From Candidatus Binataceae bacterium (lineage in GTDB: Bacteria; Desulfobacterota; Binatia; Binatales; Binataceae), in the NCBI GenBank assembly GCA_035493515.1, contig DATJID010000007.1:55-64054 (forward strand): a stretch of 64,000 bases of DNA. Direction: 5' to 3'. Below, in pieces: positions 55,483 to 64,000 of this stretch (its first letter is position 1; each line of letters begins with the position of its first letter). A model generated the notes under the pieces. It was given only the letters and a program-made list of their open reading frames with translations, did not search any database and was not told the origin of the DNA. The translations under genes were made by a program, and so were the position numbers.

Positions 55483-55520
55483 GCCGCGGGATGGACAAAC
55501 CACCGCGGTCTTTTTCTTTG
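55483..55520 (+). terminator. rho-independent terminator
   Basis: GCCGCGG-13 nt-CCGCGGT followed by CTTTTTCTTTG. Confidence 0.7.
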
Positions 55521-55603
55521 TAGTCAAACTTTTGTGCGCCGCGTAGCGACGTAAATGAAACTCAGGCACGCGCTTTGCCGTTTGGATATGAGGGAGAAGC
55601 ACC

Positions 55604-56005
55604 ATGGCCGAAAAAATCGTCAAGACCGATGAGGAATGGAAAAGGCTCCTGACTCCCGAACAATTCGAGGTCGCGCGCAAAAAAGGCACCGAGCGCGCAT
55701 TCACCGGCAAATATTGGGATTTCCACGACCAGGGCGTTTATCTCTGTGTCTGCTGCGGCAACGAGCTGTTCAATTCCGAAACCAAGTTCGATTCGGGCTG
55801 CGGATGGCCGAGCTTTTATGCCCCCAAGGACGAGAGCAAGGTCGAGAACAACGTGGACAAGAGCTACGGAATGGTGCGGACCGAGGTGACGTGCAGTCGC
55901 TGCGGCGCGCACCTGGGGCACGTTTTCGACGACGGCCCGAACCCCACGGGATTGCGCTACTGCATGAACTCGGCGTCGCTGAAATTCGAGAAGAAGGAGA
56001 AGTAA
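55604..56005 (+). CDS. msrB: peptide-methionine (R)-S-oxide reductase
   Basis: [47 protein letters not shown] catalytic Cys. Confidence 0.95.
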   Translation: MAEKIVKTDEEWKRLLTPEQFEVARKKGTERAFTGKYWDFHDQGVYLCVCCGNELFNSETKFDSGCGWPSFYAPKDESKVENNVDKSYGMVRTEVTCSRCGAHLGHVFDDGPNPTGLRYCMNSASLKFEKKEK

Positions 56006-56155
56006 CGCCGACCCTTTTTGGCGTCGCTAACACCTGCGATTGTGTCGCCGTGCGGCTCTATTGCGGCCCGCATCCCGGCCGAGGGCTTGATTTCAGGGGG
56101 CACAAATTTCCCGGGCAGGGAGAATCCGGCAGTATCCCGTCCGACCTTCGTGCGA

Positions 56156-58291
56156 TCAGGCTCTCACCAGGCCGGCGGCGCGCGCCCATTGATACTTCGC
56201 ACCCAGCACCAATACCGGTTTCTCGGTGGTGTACGGATACGCCGGGATGTTGTGCTCGAAGAGCACCCGGCAGGCGTCTTCGACTTCGACGTCGCCGACC
56301 AATGACGCCACGATGGGCTTGTCGATTCCCTTGGAGCGCATCTCCTCGACCACCTCGGTCACCAGTTTTGCGAACACCAGCGGCGGCGTGATGATGGTGT
56401 GCCAGTAGCCGAGGATGAGCGCGTGGATGCGCGGCTCCTCCAGTCCCAGCCGAATCGTGTTGCGATAAGTAGCGGGCGGCTCGCCGCCTGTGATGTCCAC
56501 CGGGTTGCCGGCCGCGCCGAAGGGCGGGATGAACTTGCGAAAAGCCGTGTCGAGGTCGGGTGGCATCTCCATCAGCTTGAGTCCGTTATCCACGCAGGCG
56601 TCCGAGAGCAGCACGCCCGAGCCGCCGGCGCCGGTGATGATGAGCACGTTCTCGCCCGCGGGCGCCGCCATGATCGGCAGGCATCGCGCAAACTCGAGCA
56701 TGTCGTTGAGCGCGCGGGCGCGCACCACGCCTGACTGGCGCAGCACGTCCTCATAGATGCGATCGTTGCCGACAAGCGCCGCGGTGTGCGATCGCGCGGC
56801 GCGCGCGCCGAGCGCGGTGCGTCCGGCCTTGAGCACGATCACCGGCTTCTTGCGCGATACGCGTTTGGCGACCTCGGCAAATGAGCGGCCGTCCTTCAAA
56901 TCCTCGACGTGCATCGCGATCACCTGGGTGTCGTCGTCCTGCTCGAAAAAAGTCAGCAGGTCGTCCTCGTCGAGGTCGGACTTGTTACCCAGCCCGACGA
57001 TCGCCGAAACGCCCATTTGAGTCGAGCGGCTGAAGCCGACGATCGCCATCCCGACGCCGCCGCTTTGCGAAGACAGCGCCGCCTTGCCCAGCACGTCATA
57101 AGGCGTGCAGAAGGTCGCGCACAGCTTGCGCGGCAGGTAGTAGAAGCCGTAGATGTTCGGGCCCATCAGGCGCACGTTGTACTGCCGCCCAATTTTGACG
57201 ATCTCGTTTTGCAGCTCGACGTTGCCGGTTTCCGCGAAGCCCGACGGGATCAGCACCGCGCCGGGGATCTTTTTTTCCCCGCACTCCTTGAGCGCGCCCG
57301 CCACCAGCGGCGCCGGAATCGCAAATACCGCGACGTCGATCTCGCCCGGCACTTCTTTGACGCTGCGATAAGCCTTGCGCCCCATCACTTCCGGCAGCTT
57401 GGGATGGATCGGATGGATCTCACCCTCGAAACCGCCGTTGATGAGATTTTTCATCACCGAGTTGCCGATCTTGCCGTCCTCGGCCGACGCGCCGATGACC
57501 GCGATTGCCCCGGGACGCATGATACGGTTCATCGCGCGCAAGATTTCCTCGCGCGAGGGCCGATAGCGCTCGGCCGGAGGCGCGAAGTCAAGCAACACGC
57601 GGACGTCGAGCGCCACTGCGCCGTCGGGCCGCGCCAACACCGGGTTCAAATCGAGCTCCGCGATCTCCGGAAAGTCGGCGGCGAGGGCCGACACGGTTTC
57701 GATGATTGCCGCGAGCGCGTCCTTGTCGGCCGCGGCCGCGCCGCGCACGCCGCCCAGGATTTCGGCCGCCGCGATCCCGTTGATCATCGAGAGCGCGTCG
57801 TCGCGGCTCACCGGCGAGAGGCGAAACGTGATGTCCTTGAGCACTTCGACCAGCACCCCGCCGAGACCGAAGGCTACCACTTTGCCGAAACTCGGATCGG
57901 CCGTGGCCCCGACGATCACCTCCTGGCCGCCAGAGAGCATCTGCTGGATTTCGACTCCAGCGACTTTGGCGTCGGGCTTGTAGGCGCGCGCGCCGGCGAT
58001 GATCGTTTCGTAGGCCCGCTCGGCCTCGGCCGCGCTCCGCACGTTGAGCACCACTCCGCCCGCTTCGGTCTTGTGCAGGATCTCGGGGGAGACGATTTTC
58101 ATCACCACCGGAAAGCCGAGCGCGCTGGCGGCGCGGCCGGCCTCGGCGGCGGACGACACGGTCGCGGCCTTGGGCAGCGGGATTGCGCAGGCCTCGCAGA
58201 GCGCCCTGCATTCGGCGGGCGAAAGCGAGTTTCGCCGGTCCGCCTTTGCCGCCTCGATGACTGCCCGCACTGCAGAACGATCGTAGCTCAT
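56156..58291 (-). CDS. ADP-forming acyl-/acetyl-CoA synthetase family protein (fused ATP-grasp + CoA-binding/ligase domains)
   Basis: 711 aa. N-terminal ATP-grasp (GFPVVMKIVSPEILHKTEAGGV), then CoA-binding (PGAIAVIGASAEDGKIGN) and Succ_CoA_lig-like domains. Confidence 0.85.
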   Translation of the reverse strand: MSYDRSAVRAVIEAAKADRRNSLSPAECRALCEACAIPLPKAATVSSAAEAGRAASALGFPVVMKIVSPEILHKTEAGGVVLNVRSAAEAERAYETIIAGARAYKPDAKVAGVEIQQMLSGGQEVIVGATADPSFGKVVAFGLGGVLVEVLKDITFRLSPVSRDDALSMINGIAAAEILGGVRGAAAADKDALAAIIETVSALAADFPEIAELDLNPVLARPDGAVALDVRVLLDFAPPAERYRPSREEILRAMNRIMRPGAIAVIGASAEDGKIGNSVMKNLINGGFEGEIHPIHPKLPEVMGRKAYRSVKEVPGEIDVAVFAIPAPLVAGALKECGEKKIPGAVLIPSGFAETGNVELQNEIVKIGRQYNVRLMGPNIYGFYYLPRKLCATFCTPYDVLGKAALSSQSGGVGMAIVGFSRSTQMGVSAIVGLGNKSDLDEDDLLTFFEQDDDTQVIAMHVEDLKDGRSFAEVAKRVSRKKPVIVLKAGRTALGARAARSHTAALVGNDRIYEDVLRQSGVVRARALNDMLEFARCLPIMAAPAGENVLIITGAGGSGVLLSDACVDNGLKLMEMPPDLDTAFRKFIPPFGAAGNPVDITGGEPPATYRNTIRLGLEEPRIHALILGYWHTIITPPLVFAKLVTEVVEEMRSKGIDKPIVASLVGDVEVEDACRVLFEHNIPAYPYTTEKPVLVLGAKYQWARAAGLVRA

Positions 58292-58420
58292 AGAGAAATC
58301 TGCCTTGTTTTCAGATACCCCGTGTGACGTAATTAGCGCGCAGGGCTCAACCCTAACGCCACGCTAGCGCGCGCGTCAAATCGCAGCGCTGCCGCGCCGG
58401 CCGAGGAACGGGAAATCCCG

Positions 58421-58633
58421 ATGGTTGAAAAAACAATCGAGTTGACCGGCAGTTCGAACGAGTCGATCGAGCATGCGGTGGACCTGGCGGTGGCACGCGC
58501 CGCGGTGACTATCTCGGGCGTGCATACGGCGCAGGTGACGAACATCGCGGCCGAAGTCGCGCACAACAAAGTGACACGCTGGAAGGTGACGGTTAAGCTG
58601 ACCTTCCAGATAAAGGATCAGCTCCACGAATAA
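58421..58633 (+). CDS. dodecin family flavin-binding protein
   Basis: 70 aa; VEKTIELTGSSNESIEHAVDLAV.RA..T......A.V........V..W.V.....F fits the dodecin pattern. Confidence 0.75.
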   Translation: MVEKTIELTGSSNESIEHAVDLAVARAAVTISGVHTAQVTNIAAEVAHNKVTRWKVTVKLTFQIKDQLHE

Positions 58634-58791
58634 CCAGTTAACCAGTCCGGGCGCCCCGATTACGCGATCGGTCATTTTGCCGGCGCGTAAAATCGGACCG
58701 GTATTGATTAGAGCGCCGGGCTCTGGCCGGGTAGTGGCGGGCCGACGATTCGCGCGGCCACGCGCACGGACTGCCCCGAAGGCCTGAAGCG

Positions 58792-59787
58792 ATGCCAGCC
58801 AAAATTTCGGAAGTGCAGCGCGGGATTTACGAACTCTTTTTGCCGCTACCGATGCGGCCGACTATCGTTAATGTCTATCTGATCGATTGCGGCGGCGGAC
58901 AGTGGGTGCTGGTCGACACCGGCATGAACACGGCCGACAGCGTGGCCACTCTTAAGGACGCCTTCACGCAAGCAGGCACCAGGGTCGAAGACCTGACCGT
59001 GCTGCTCGGCACCCATCACCACGTCGACCATTTCGGCGCCTCGGGCACAATCAAGGCCCTAAGCCACGCGCGCACCTACCTGCACGACCTGGAAGTCGAG
59101 CGGGTCAACCGGATGCTGAACATGGTGGCGGCGCCGGCGGCCAATCCCGAGGTGCACGCATTTTTCACCGGCCACGGCTTTCCAATCGATCGCTACCCGA
59201 TCGAAGGAATGCGGCCGGCGTGGATGGGCACTGAGCAATACAATCCGGTGCCGCAGCCCGACGAGTTCCTGCATGACGGCGACGTAATCGCCGTGGGCGA
59301 GCGGCGCTTCGAGATCATCTGGACGCCGGGCCACGCCCCCGGGCATAGCGTGATTTACCTGCGCAAGGAGAAGGTGATGATCGTCGGCGATCATCTGCTG
59401 CCGCGCATCACCCCGCACGTCGGCATTTATCCCTCGGGACCGACCAATCCGCTGAGCGACTTCATCGATTCGCAGCGCAAGGTGCAAAACTTCGAGGTCG
59501 AACTGGTGCTGCCCGCACACGGCGCCGTCTACCAGGACCATCGACACCGCGCCAACCAGCTCATCGAACATCATCGCTATCGCGAAGCCGAGATGCTCGA
59601 CCTGATCAGGCGCACGCCGCGCACCGCCTTCGAGGTGGCGCAGGAGATTTTCGGCGACGAAGACCGGCCGATCTTCCACGTGATGGCGGCAACGTTCGAG
59701 ACCCTCGCGCACCTGGAGTACTCGCGCGTCGAAGGCCGCGCGCGCCGGGTCGACGAGCACGGACGCATCATGTGGCAGGCGCGGTGA
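58792..59787 (+). CDS. MBL-fold metallo-hydrolase
   Basis: LGTHHHVDHFG (HxHxDH) motif, TPGHAPGH, later His/Asp ligands. Confidence 0.85.
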   Translation: MPAKISEVQRGIYELFLPLPMRPTIVNVYLIDCGGGQWVLVDTGMNTADSVATLKDAFTQAGTRVEDLTVLLGTHHHVDHFGASGTIKALSHARTYLHDLEVERVNRMLNMVAAPAANPEVHAFFTGHGFPIDRYPIEGMRPAWMGTEQYNPVPQPDEFLHDGDVIAVGERRFEIIWTPGHAPGHSVIYLRKEKVMIVGDHLLPRITPHVGIYPSGPTNPLSDFIDSQRKVQNFEVELVLPAHGAVYQDHRHRANQLIEHHRYREAEMLDLIRRTPRTAFEVAQEIFGDEDRPIFHVMAATFETLAHLEYSRVEGRARRVDEHGRIMWQAR

Positions 59788-59879
59788 GACAAACGACAAT
59801 CGGAGGGCGTCAACGTTACCGCAAGGAAGAAAGACGAAAGACCTAGCGCGCCCCTGAGATAGCTGAGCGAGGGCGAGGG

Positions 59880-60551
59880 CTAAGCCGGAGCGGCTTCCTG
59901 GACCTCAATCGACGCTGACCGGTCCATGTCAGTATCAAGCTCGTCTTCGTTTATGCCCTGGGTTTCACTGTCGTAGCCGGGCAGATCTTGGTGCGCGTCG
60001 TGATGCGCGGTCAGATCGTGGCGTGCGACATCACTCTGATGATGCGCGACGCCCTTGCCATTGCCGCCAGCATGACCGTTGACCGCGATCTCGATACAGC
60101 CGCCGTCCCCGGCCGTCGCGGTCTCGGAAAGCTTCCGTCGCCGGCGTTTAAGCGGTGCACTGATCCGGCCGATACGAGTCACAGGAGATCGGCGCGCCAG
60201 GCGCCGCGGATTCATCCCGTCGAGTTGCTGCGCGCGCCATCGACGAAGCCCTTCACGCAGGTAACGAGGATCGATTCCGAGGGTCTCGCAGACGGTCTCG
60301 AAGGCGAACGCGCCGTCGCCCCGGCGATCCATCAGCCACCCCTCGGCCTCGACGAACAGGCGGCGCTGCACGCGACTGCGAGAGTTGGCATAGGTCTGAT
60401 AGCAGCGCATCGCATCTTCGAGCACCGCCAGCATCAGGCGCTTAATCGGACGGGCGCAGGCATCGTCAGCGCGGATACCGTCGTAATACTGCCCGGGGGT
60501 CAAGGCATCGGGAATCATCATTCCCGCTATCGCGCTGTTTTCCAATTGCAT
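59880..60551 (-). CDS. hypothetical protein with conserved-looking N-domain and acidic/His-rich tail
   Basis: 223-aa ORF with clean codon usage versus antisense junk. No family recognised. C-terminus is HAGGNGKGVAHHQSDVARHDLTAHHDAHQD... Confidence 0.5.
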   Translation of the reverse strand: MQLENSAIAGMMIPDALTPGQYYDGIRADDACARPIKRLMLAVLEDAMRCYQTYANSRSRVQRRLFVEAEGWLMDRRGDGAFAFETVCETLGIDPRYLREGLRRWRAQQLDGMNPRRLARRSPVTRIGRISAPLKRRRRKLSETATAGDGGCIEIAVNGHAGGNGKGVAHHQSDVARHDLTAHHDAHQDLPGYDSETQGINEDELDTDMDRSASIEVQEAAPA

Positions 60552-60611
60552 CGTCCTTCGCCCTGCTGTTTGCTCTCTAGTACTGCTCGACCGTCCTCAG
60601 CTTTTCTCTGA

Positions 60612-60626
60612 GCAACGTCTGTGCCG
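60612..60626 (-). promoter_or_regulatory. sigma-54 (-24/-12) type promoter candidate
   Basis: Minus strand reads cGGCAC-AGACG-TTGCt (GG-N10-GC spacing correct), about 60 nt upstream of the ATG at 60551, in a 360-nt intergenic region. Confidence 0.4.
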
Positions 60627-60911
60627 AAGCGCGACGCTCGGCGCTGAGCGGACCAAAGCGGATGCAGGCACGCTAACCGGCTCAATTCGTGAGCGGATTG
60701 TGATTCGAGATCGAAAGGGGCGCCTTTGTACCAGCGTCCGTTAGCGAGTCAAGTGGGGATTTTTAGTACTCGTATTGGGACAAAACTGGGCAGGCGCCAC
60801 TAATCTGGGCACTCAGGTCGGACCCTTTGGCGGCCGGACCGCCCGTGTCGGATGCCCCTTTCGCGAAAGACGCATCCGGCTATTCGTCTCAGTGTGACTG
60901 CGACTTTCGGC

Positions 60912-61601
60912 TTAATTGACGGTGCCGCCGCCGCGCGGGCCGGACGGGCCAAGCTTGCGTTCTTCGATCTTGAAGGTGAGCACGTCGAACAGGCAGGCGA
61001 TGCGGTCGTCCAAGGCCTCGAGCAGGGTTTGCTTTTCCAGCGGCGTGACGTCGAGGTGAAAGCACAGGAAATTTATCAGGTCAGCGTCGCGCAGGCCCTG
61101 CTCGTCCACCAGTCCGCGCCAGGCGGCGTCGGCGTTTTCGCCGAGAAACCCGACCAGCAGATCGTGCAGGGAGTTCATCTCGGAAGGCTCCAGCCCCAGT
61201 AGCCTGCGGCCCGACGGACACCATTGGACTTCCGCCTGCCGGTACGAATGCGAACGGATTTCACGCCCGACCTGAAATTCGCTGATTCCTTCGAGCTGAA
61301 GGTTGTAGCGGCCGTCGGGAAGCTTCTCCAGGGAGGTGATACGGCCGGCGCATCCGATGCTGAAGATGTCGGGATAAGCGTAGTACTCGCGCTCCCAGTC
61401 GCCCTTGAGCATTATCATTCCGACCGTGCCGTGGTTCTCGGCGACGTCGGCGACCATCTCGCGATAGCGCGGCTCGAAAATATGCAGCGGCACTGTCACG
61501 CCGGGAAACAGCACGAAATTGGGCAAAGGGAAGATCGGAATGATGTCCGGTAACTCGGCCATCGTGGCCCTAACGTTATGGGCGCGCAGCAGGTCGGTCA
61601 A
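60912..61601 (-). CDS. LON N-terminal substrate-binding domain protein (stand-alone)
   Basis: IIPIFPLPNFVLFPGVTVPLHIFEPRYREMV is the hallmark of the LON_substr_bdg domain; 229 aa with no AAA+ or protease part. Confidence 0.8.
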   Translation of the reverse strand: MTDLLRAHNVRATMAELPDIIPIFPLPNFVLFPGVTVPLHIFEPRYREMVADVAENHGTVGMIMLKGDWEREYYAYPDIFSIGCAGRITSLEKLPDGRYNLQLEGISEFQVGREIRSHSYRQAEVQWCPSGRRLLGLEPSEMNSLHDLLVGFLGENADAAWRGLVDEQGLRDADLINFLCFHLDVTPLEKQTLLEALDDRIACLFDVLTFKIEERKLGPSGPRGGGTVN

Positions 61602-61634
61602 GGTGACCCCTGTCGGAGCTTCGGGAGGTGCGCT

Positions 61635-63626
61635 TCAGGGCGGGTACAATTCCGTGCTCGTGAGGGAGTTGGTGCCGTTCCAGCCGCCGGCGATGAGCAC
61701 ACGCCCGTTGGGCAGCAGCGTCGCCGTGGGAAACAGCCGCGGGTCGCTCATTGGCGCGCCTGCCGTGAAGGAATTGATAATGGAGTCGTAAATCTCGACG
61801 CTGTCCAGAGGAGTCGAAAATCCATAGCCGCCGCCGATGATGAGAACTTCGCCGTTCGCCGTCGTCGCGGCCGTGGCAAAATAATGACCAGTGCCCATCG
61901 ATGGACCGGTGGCGAAGGCGTCCTGCGATGGGTCGTAGATCTGCGTGCTGGTGAGAATGACCCCCAGACCGGCTCCTCCGGCGATCAACACCTTGCCGTT
62001 CGGCAGCAACGCAACCGAAGGAAAATAGCGCTGCGTGCCGAGCGACCGTTCTACAATCGAATTGTTTGCCGGGTCGTAAAGCTCGGCCACGGTGTCGGTT
62101 TGGGTCGTACCATTCCAGCCGATAATGAACACCTTGCCGTTGGGCATCAGGATCGCCGTACAGAAGGGCTGCGCTACGCTCATGGTCGGGCCAGCACCGA
62201 AAGAATTCGTAGCCGGATCGTAGATCTCGGTGCTGGTCAGGTCACCAGAGGAAGTGGCATCCTCGCCGCCCGCAATCAGCACTTTTCCGTTGGGTAGCAA
62301 AGTGGCTCCGGCGGCAAGCCGAGCTTCAATCATCGATGGTCCCGGAGCGAACGTGTTGGTCGCTGAATTGTAAAATTCCGTGCTGTTCAGGACGCTACTG
62401 CCATCATAACCGGCTGCGATAAGAACTCTACCGTCGCGCAACAAGGTCGCGGTCGCATCCTCACGCGCGTGGCTCATCGACGGGCCGGCGCTGAACGTAT
62501 CTGTTGCCGGATTATATAATTCGGTCGACCTTGTGGCAGTTGTACCGACGGTGTTTCCGCCCGCAATCAGCACCCTCCCGCTGGGAAGCAACGTGGCAGT
62601 GGCGGAGGCGCGCGCCACGGTCATCGGCGGGCTCGTGGTTTTCGACGATGCTGGCGCCGCCTGAGTAATCGCGCCATTGACCGTCGCCACCGATGCCAGC
62701 AGCAGGTCGGGCGTGACCGGCGGATTCTGATTCATCAGAATATTGCCGGGCGGACCATACAGGCCGCCGAACGCGAACCCGGCGGCGACGTATTGAAGCT
62801 GCTGCACACCCGAAAGCGCATCCTGAAAATCACTGGTTCCCGTGATCGCCGGCAGCATCCCGCCGCAATACGGCACCGGCAGGCCCTGGTATCTCCCGTT
62901 GAAGACACCATTGGAGATATCGGCCGCAAGTGCGGCCACCAATCCTCCCGGCGCGTTCGGACACAGGTGCTGGTCTTCATTGATCAGCGCTCCAAGAATA
63001 AGCCCGAGCTTTCCGGCGTCGGTGCCTACGCCGGCCGCCGTGTAGTCGGGCAGCAGCCGCGCGGGATCGGTCGACAATCCGTAGTACGATTCGATCGTCG
63101 CCGTCGCGCTGGACAGCGCCGTCCTTAACGTAACGTGGTCGGCTCGAAGCTGGTGGATGGTCAGCGCCCGGATGAATCGCGTCAGCGGATTGATCGAGAT
63201 GCCCGAGACGTCCGTGGCTGCGCCGGGCAGCAGAACCCTGAGGCTGCCAGGCGCGCCCACCGTGGCGCCGTCCGCTTCGCTGAGGAACGAGCCGCCGGTG
63301 ACGACCAGGCATACCGGGCGCCGATGCGCCGGAATGCTCAGCGTAAAGTTGCCGGAGGCGTCGGTTGTGGCCTTACCCAACAGCGTCACGTTAATCCCGG
63401 ACGTCACGTCGACCGCATACGCCGTCACCGTGCTCCCCACCATCGGCCCTTGTATCGCGGTGCCGGTCAACACGACTCGCGGCGAGACCACTGCTCTGCC
63501 GGTCGGCACGATCGTGGTCGTCTCGGCATCAATCCGACTCGAACCGTAACCGGCGAGCGCAACGCCAACCACCAAAACGGCCACGCAAATCGCCTTCGCT
63601 CTGCCTATGGCCCAACGATGCGCCAT
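61635..63626 (-). CDS. secreted Kelch-repeat beta-propeller protein with N-terminal Ig/CarboxypepD_reg-like domain
   Basis: Signal peptide; seven units of the type ATLLP(N/S)G(K/R)VLIAGG...T.....(E/Q)(L/I)YDP....F. Confidence 0.8.
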   Translation of the reverse strand: MAHRWAIGRAKAICVAVLVVGVALAGYGSSRIDAETTTIVPTGRAVVSPRVVLTGTAIQGPMVGSTVTAYAVDVTSGINVTLLGKATTDASGNFTLSIPAHRRPVCLVVTGGSFLSEADGATVGAPGSLRVLLPGAATDVSGISINPLTRFIRALTIHQLRADHVTLRTALSSATATIESYYGLSTDPARLLPDYTAAGVGTDAGKLGLILGALINEDQHLCPNAPGGLVAALAADISNGVFNGRYQGLPVPYCGGMLPAITGTSDFQDALSGVQQLQYVAAGFAFGGLYGPPGNILMNQNPPVTPDLLLASVATVNGAITQAAPASSKTTSPPMTVARASATATLLPSGRVLIAGGNTVGTTATRSTELYNPATDTFSAGPSMSHAREDATATLLRDGRVLIAAGYDGSSVLNSTEFYNSATNTFAPGPSMIEARLAAGATLLPNGKVLIAGGEDATSSGDLTSTEIYDPATNSFGAGPTMSVAQPFCTAILMPNGKVFIIGWNGTTQTDTVAELYDPANNSIVERSLGTQRYFPSVALLPNGKVLIAGGAGLGVILTSTQIYDPSQDAFATGPSMGTGHYFATAATTANGEVLIIGGGYGFSTPLDSVEIYDSIINSFTAGAPMSDPRLFPTATLLPNGRVLIAGGWNGTNSLTSTELYPP

Positions 63627-63921
63627 CGAACTTCCTGTGATCTCCTGAGGTCGTCTTAGTCCTCGGATACTTTAACATTGTTTTTGATACTTTCCAGTAC
63701 TTACACCTCGATGTTTAGTGCAATGTAGGCAAATCAGGCGTAGCCCGTTTCAACTCGTAAGTTGGAGATTTGGAGAGCTGTAAACCGAAGCTCAAGTTCT
63801 CCGGCGAATTGCGCTGGAAATCCGCTCTCGGCGAAGGTCGAACGGCTCTTCATGGCGAGTCGCGATCTGAGTTGTCTTGCGGACGGAAATCGAGGAAATT
63901 CAGTTGTGTCTCACAGCCAAC

Positions 63922-64000
63922 ATGGAAACCAACCTGTTCATCGAAAATAGGTACGTTGCGGCGGCCGGCGGCGCGCGCTTTGCGGATATCGAGCCTGCGA
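63922..64000 (+). CDS. probable aldehyde dehydrogenase family protein (first 26 codons only)
   Basis: METNLFIENRYVAAAGGARFADIEPA resembles the common ALDH N-terminus (LFI.G..V.......F....PA). Very short fragment. Confidence 0.35.
   Translation, partial: METNLFIENRYVAAAGGARFADIEPA

Noticed and set aside
250-62297. Many long ORFs in the track that overlap the called genes on the opposite strand or in another frame (e.g. 250..1206+, 2928..3911-, 3368..4324+, 11773..12723-, 16643..17407-, 18391..19335-, 24502..25341-, 33885..34916-, 40652..41602+, 42636..43790+, 46111..47532-, 48699..50183-, 56909..58327+, 61578..62297+).
   Set aside because: Their translations are Arg/Ala/Gly/Pro-rich with no recognisable motifs, which is typical of open frames in high-GC DNA. 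In every case the overlapping frame encodes a protein with clear family signatures.
1-64000. Looked for CRISPR arrays, tRNA/rRNA genes, transposases/integrases, IS inverted repeats, prophage genes, toxin-antitoxin or known defence-system genes.
   Set aside because: I found no regularly spaced repeats, no cloverleaf-like conserved tRNA boxes in the intergenic spacers, and no proteins with transposase, integrase, nuclease or defence signatures. A covariance-model scan (tRNAscan-SE, Infernal) would be needed to exclude small RNAs formally.

Overview
High-GC (by eye about 65%) bacterial chromosomal segment. It is densely coding, with no rRNA, tRNA, CRISPR array, transposase or integrase that I could recognise. 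Gene content hints at a deltaproteobacteria-like or uncultured soil lineage (three luciferase-like F420/flavin oxidoreductases, desulforedoxin-type mini-proteins, many secreted beta-propeller/Ig proteins), but this taxonomic guess is low confidence. Recognisable blocks: FHA/HDAC and tatB-tatC; GH15 glucoamylase; a minus-strand unit of fatty-acid-hydroxylase-type enzyme plus TVP38(DedA-superfamily)-rhodanese fusion; paired ArsA/Get3-like ATPases; a D-aminoacylase/TPP enzyme/Rieske oxygenase/M20 peptidase cluster; aqpZ; a secreted 3xIg + DUF3494 ice-binding-like protein; an S53 sedolisin; the conserved rplU-rpmA / obg-proB-proA-nadD-rsfS region; tandem SAM methyltransferases; an EF-P-like gene abutting a THUMP methyltransferase; a crotonase/acyl-CoA ligase/crotonase cluster; msrB; an ADP-forming acyl-CoA synthetase; dodecin; a Kelch propeller protein. 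The observation most worth follow-up is an in-frame TGA at the catalytic-Cys position of the rhodanese domain of the TVP38 fusion. The coding signal clearly continues past it and a SECIS-like hairpin follows, making this a candidate membrane-anchored selenocysteine rhodanese. Other notable items: two desulforedoxin-type small ORFs missing from the ORF track, each preceding a metallohydrolase; an EfpL/YeiP-like EF-P lacking the modifiable loop lysine and directly abutted by a THUMP methyltransferase with a repeat-rich basic tail; a secreted protein with a (S/A/T)PYG low-complexity tail; a sigma-54-type promoter match. All calls rest on by-eye motif recognition and hand translation; no searches were run.
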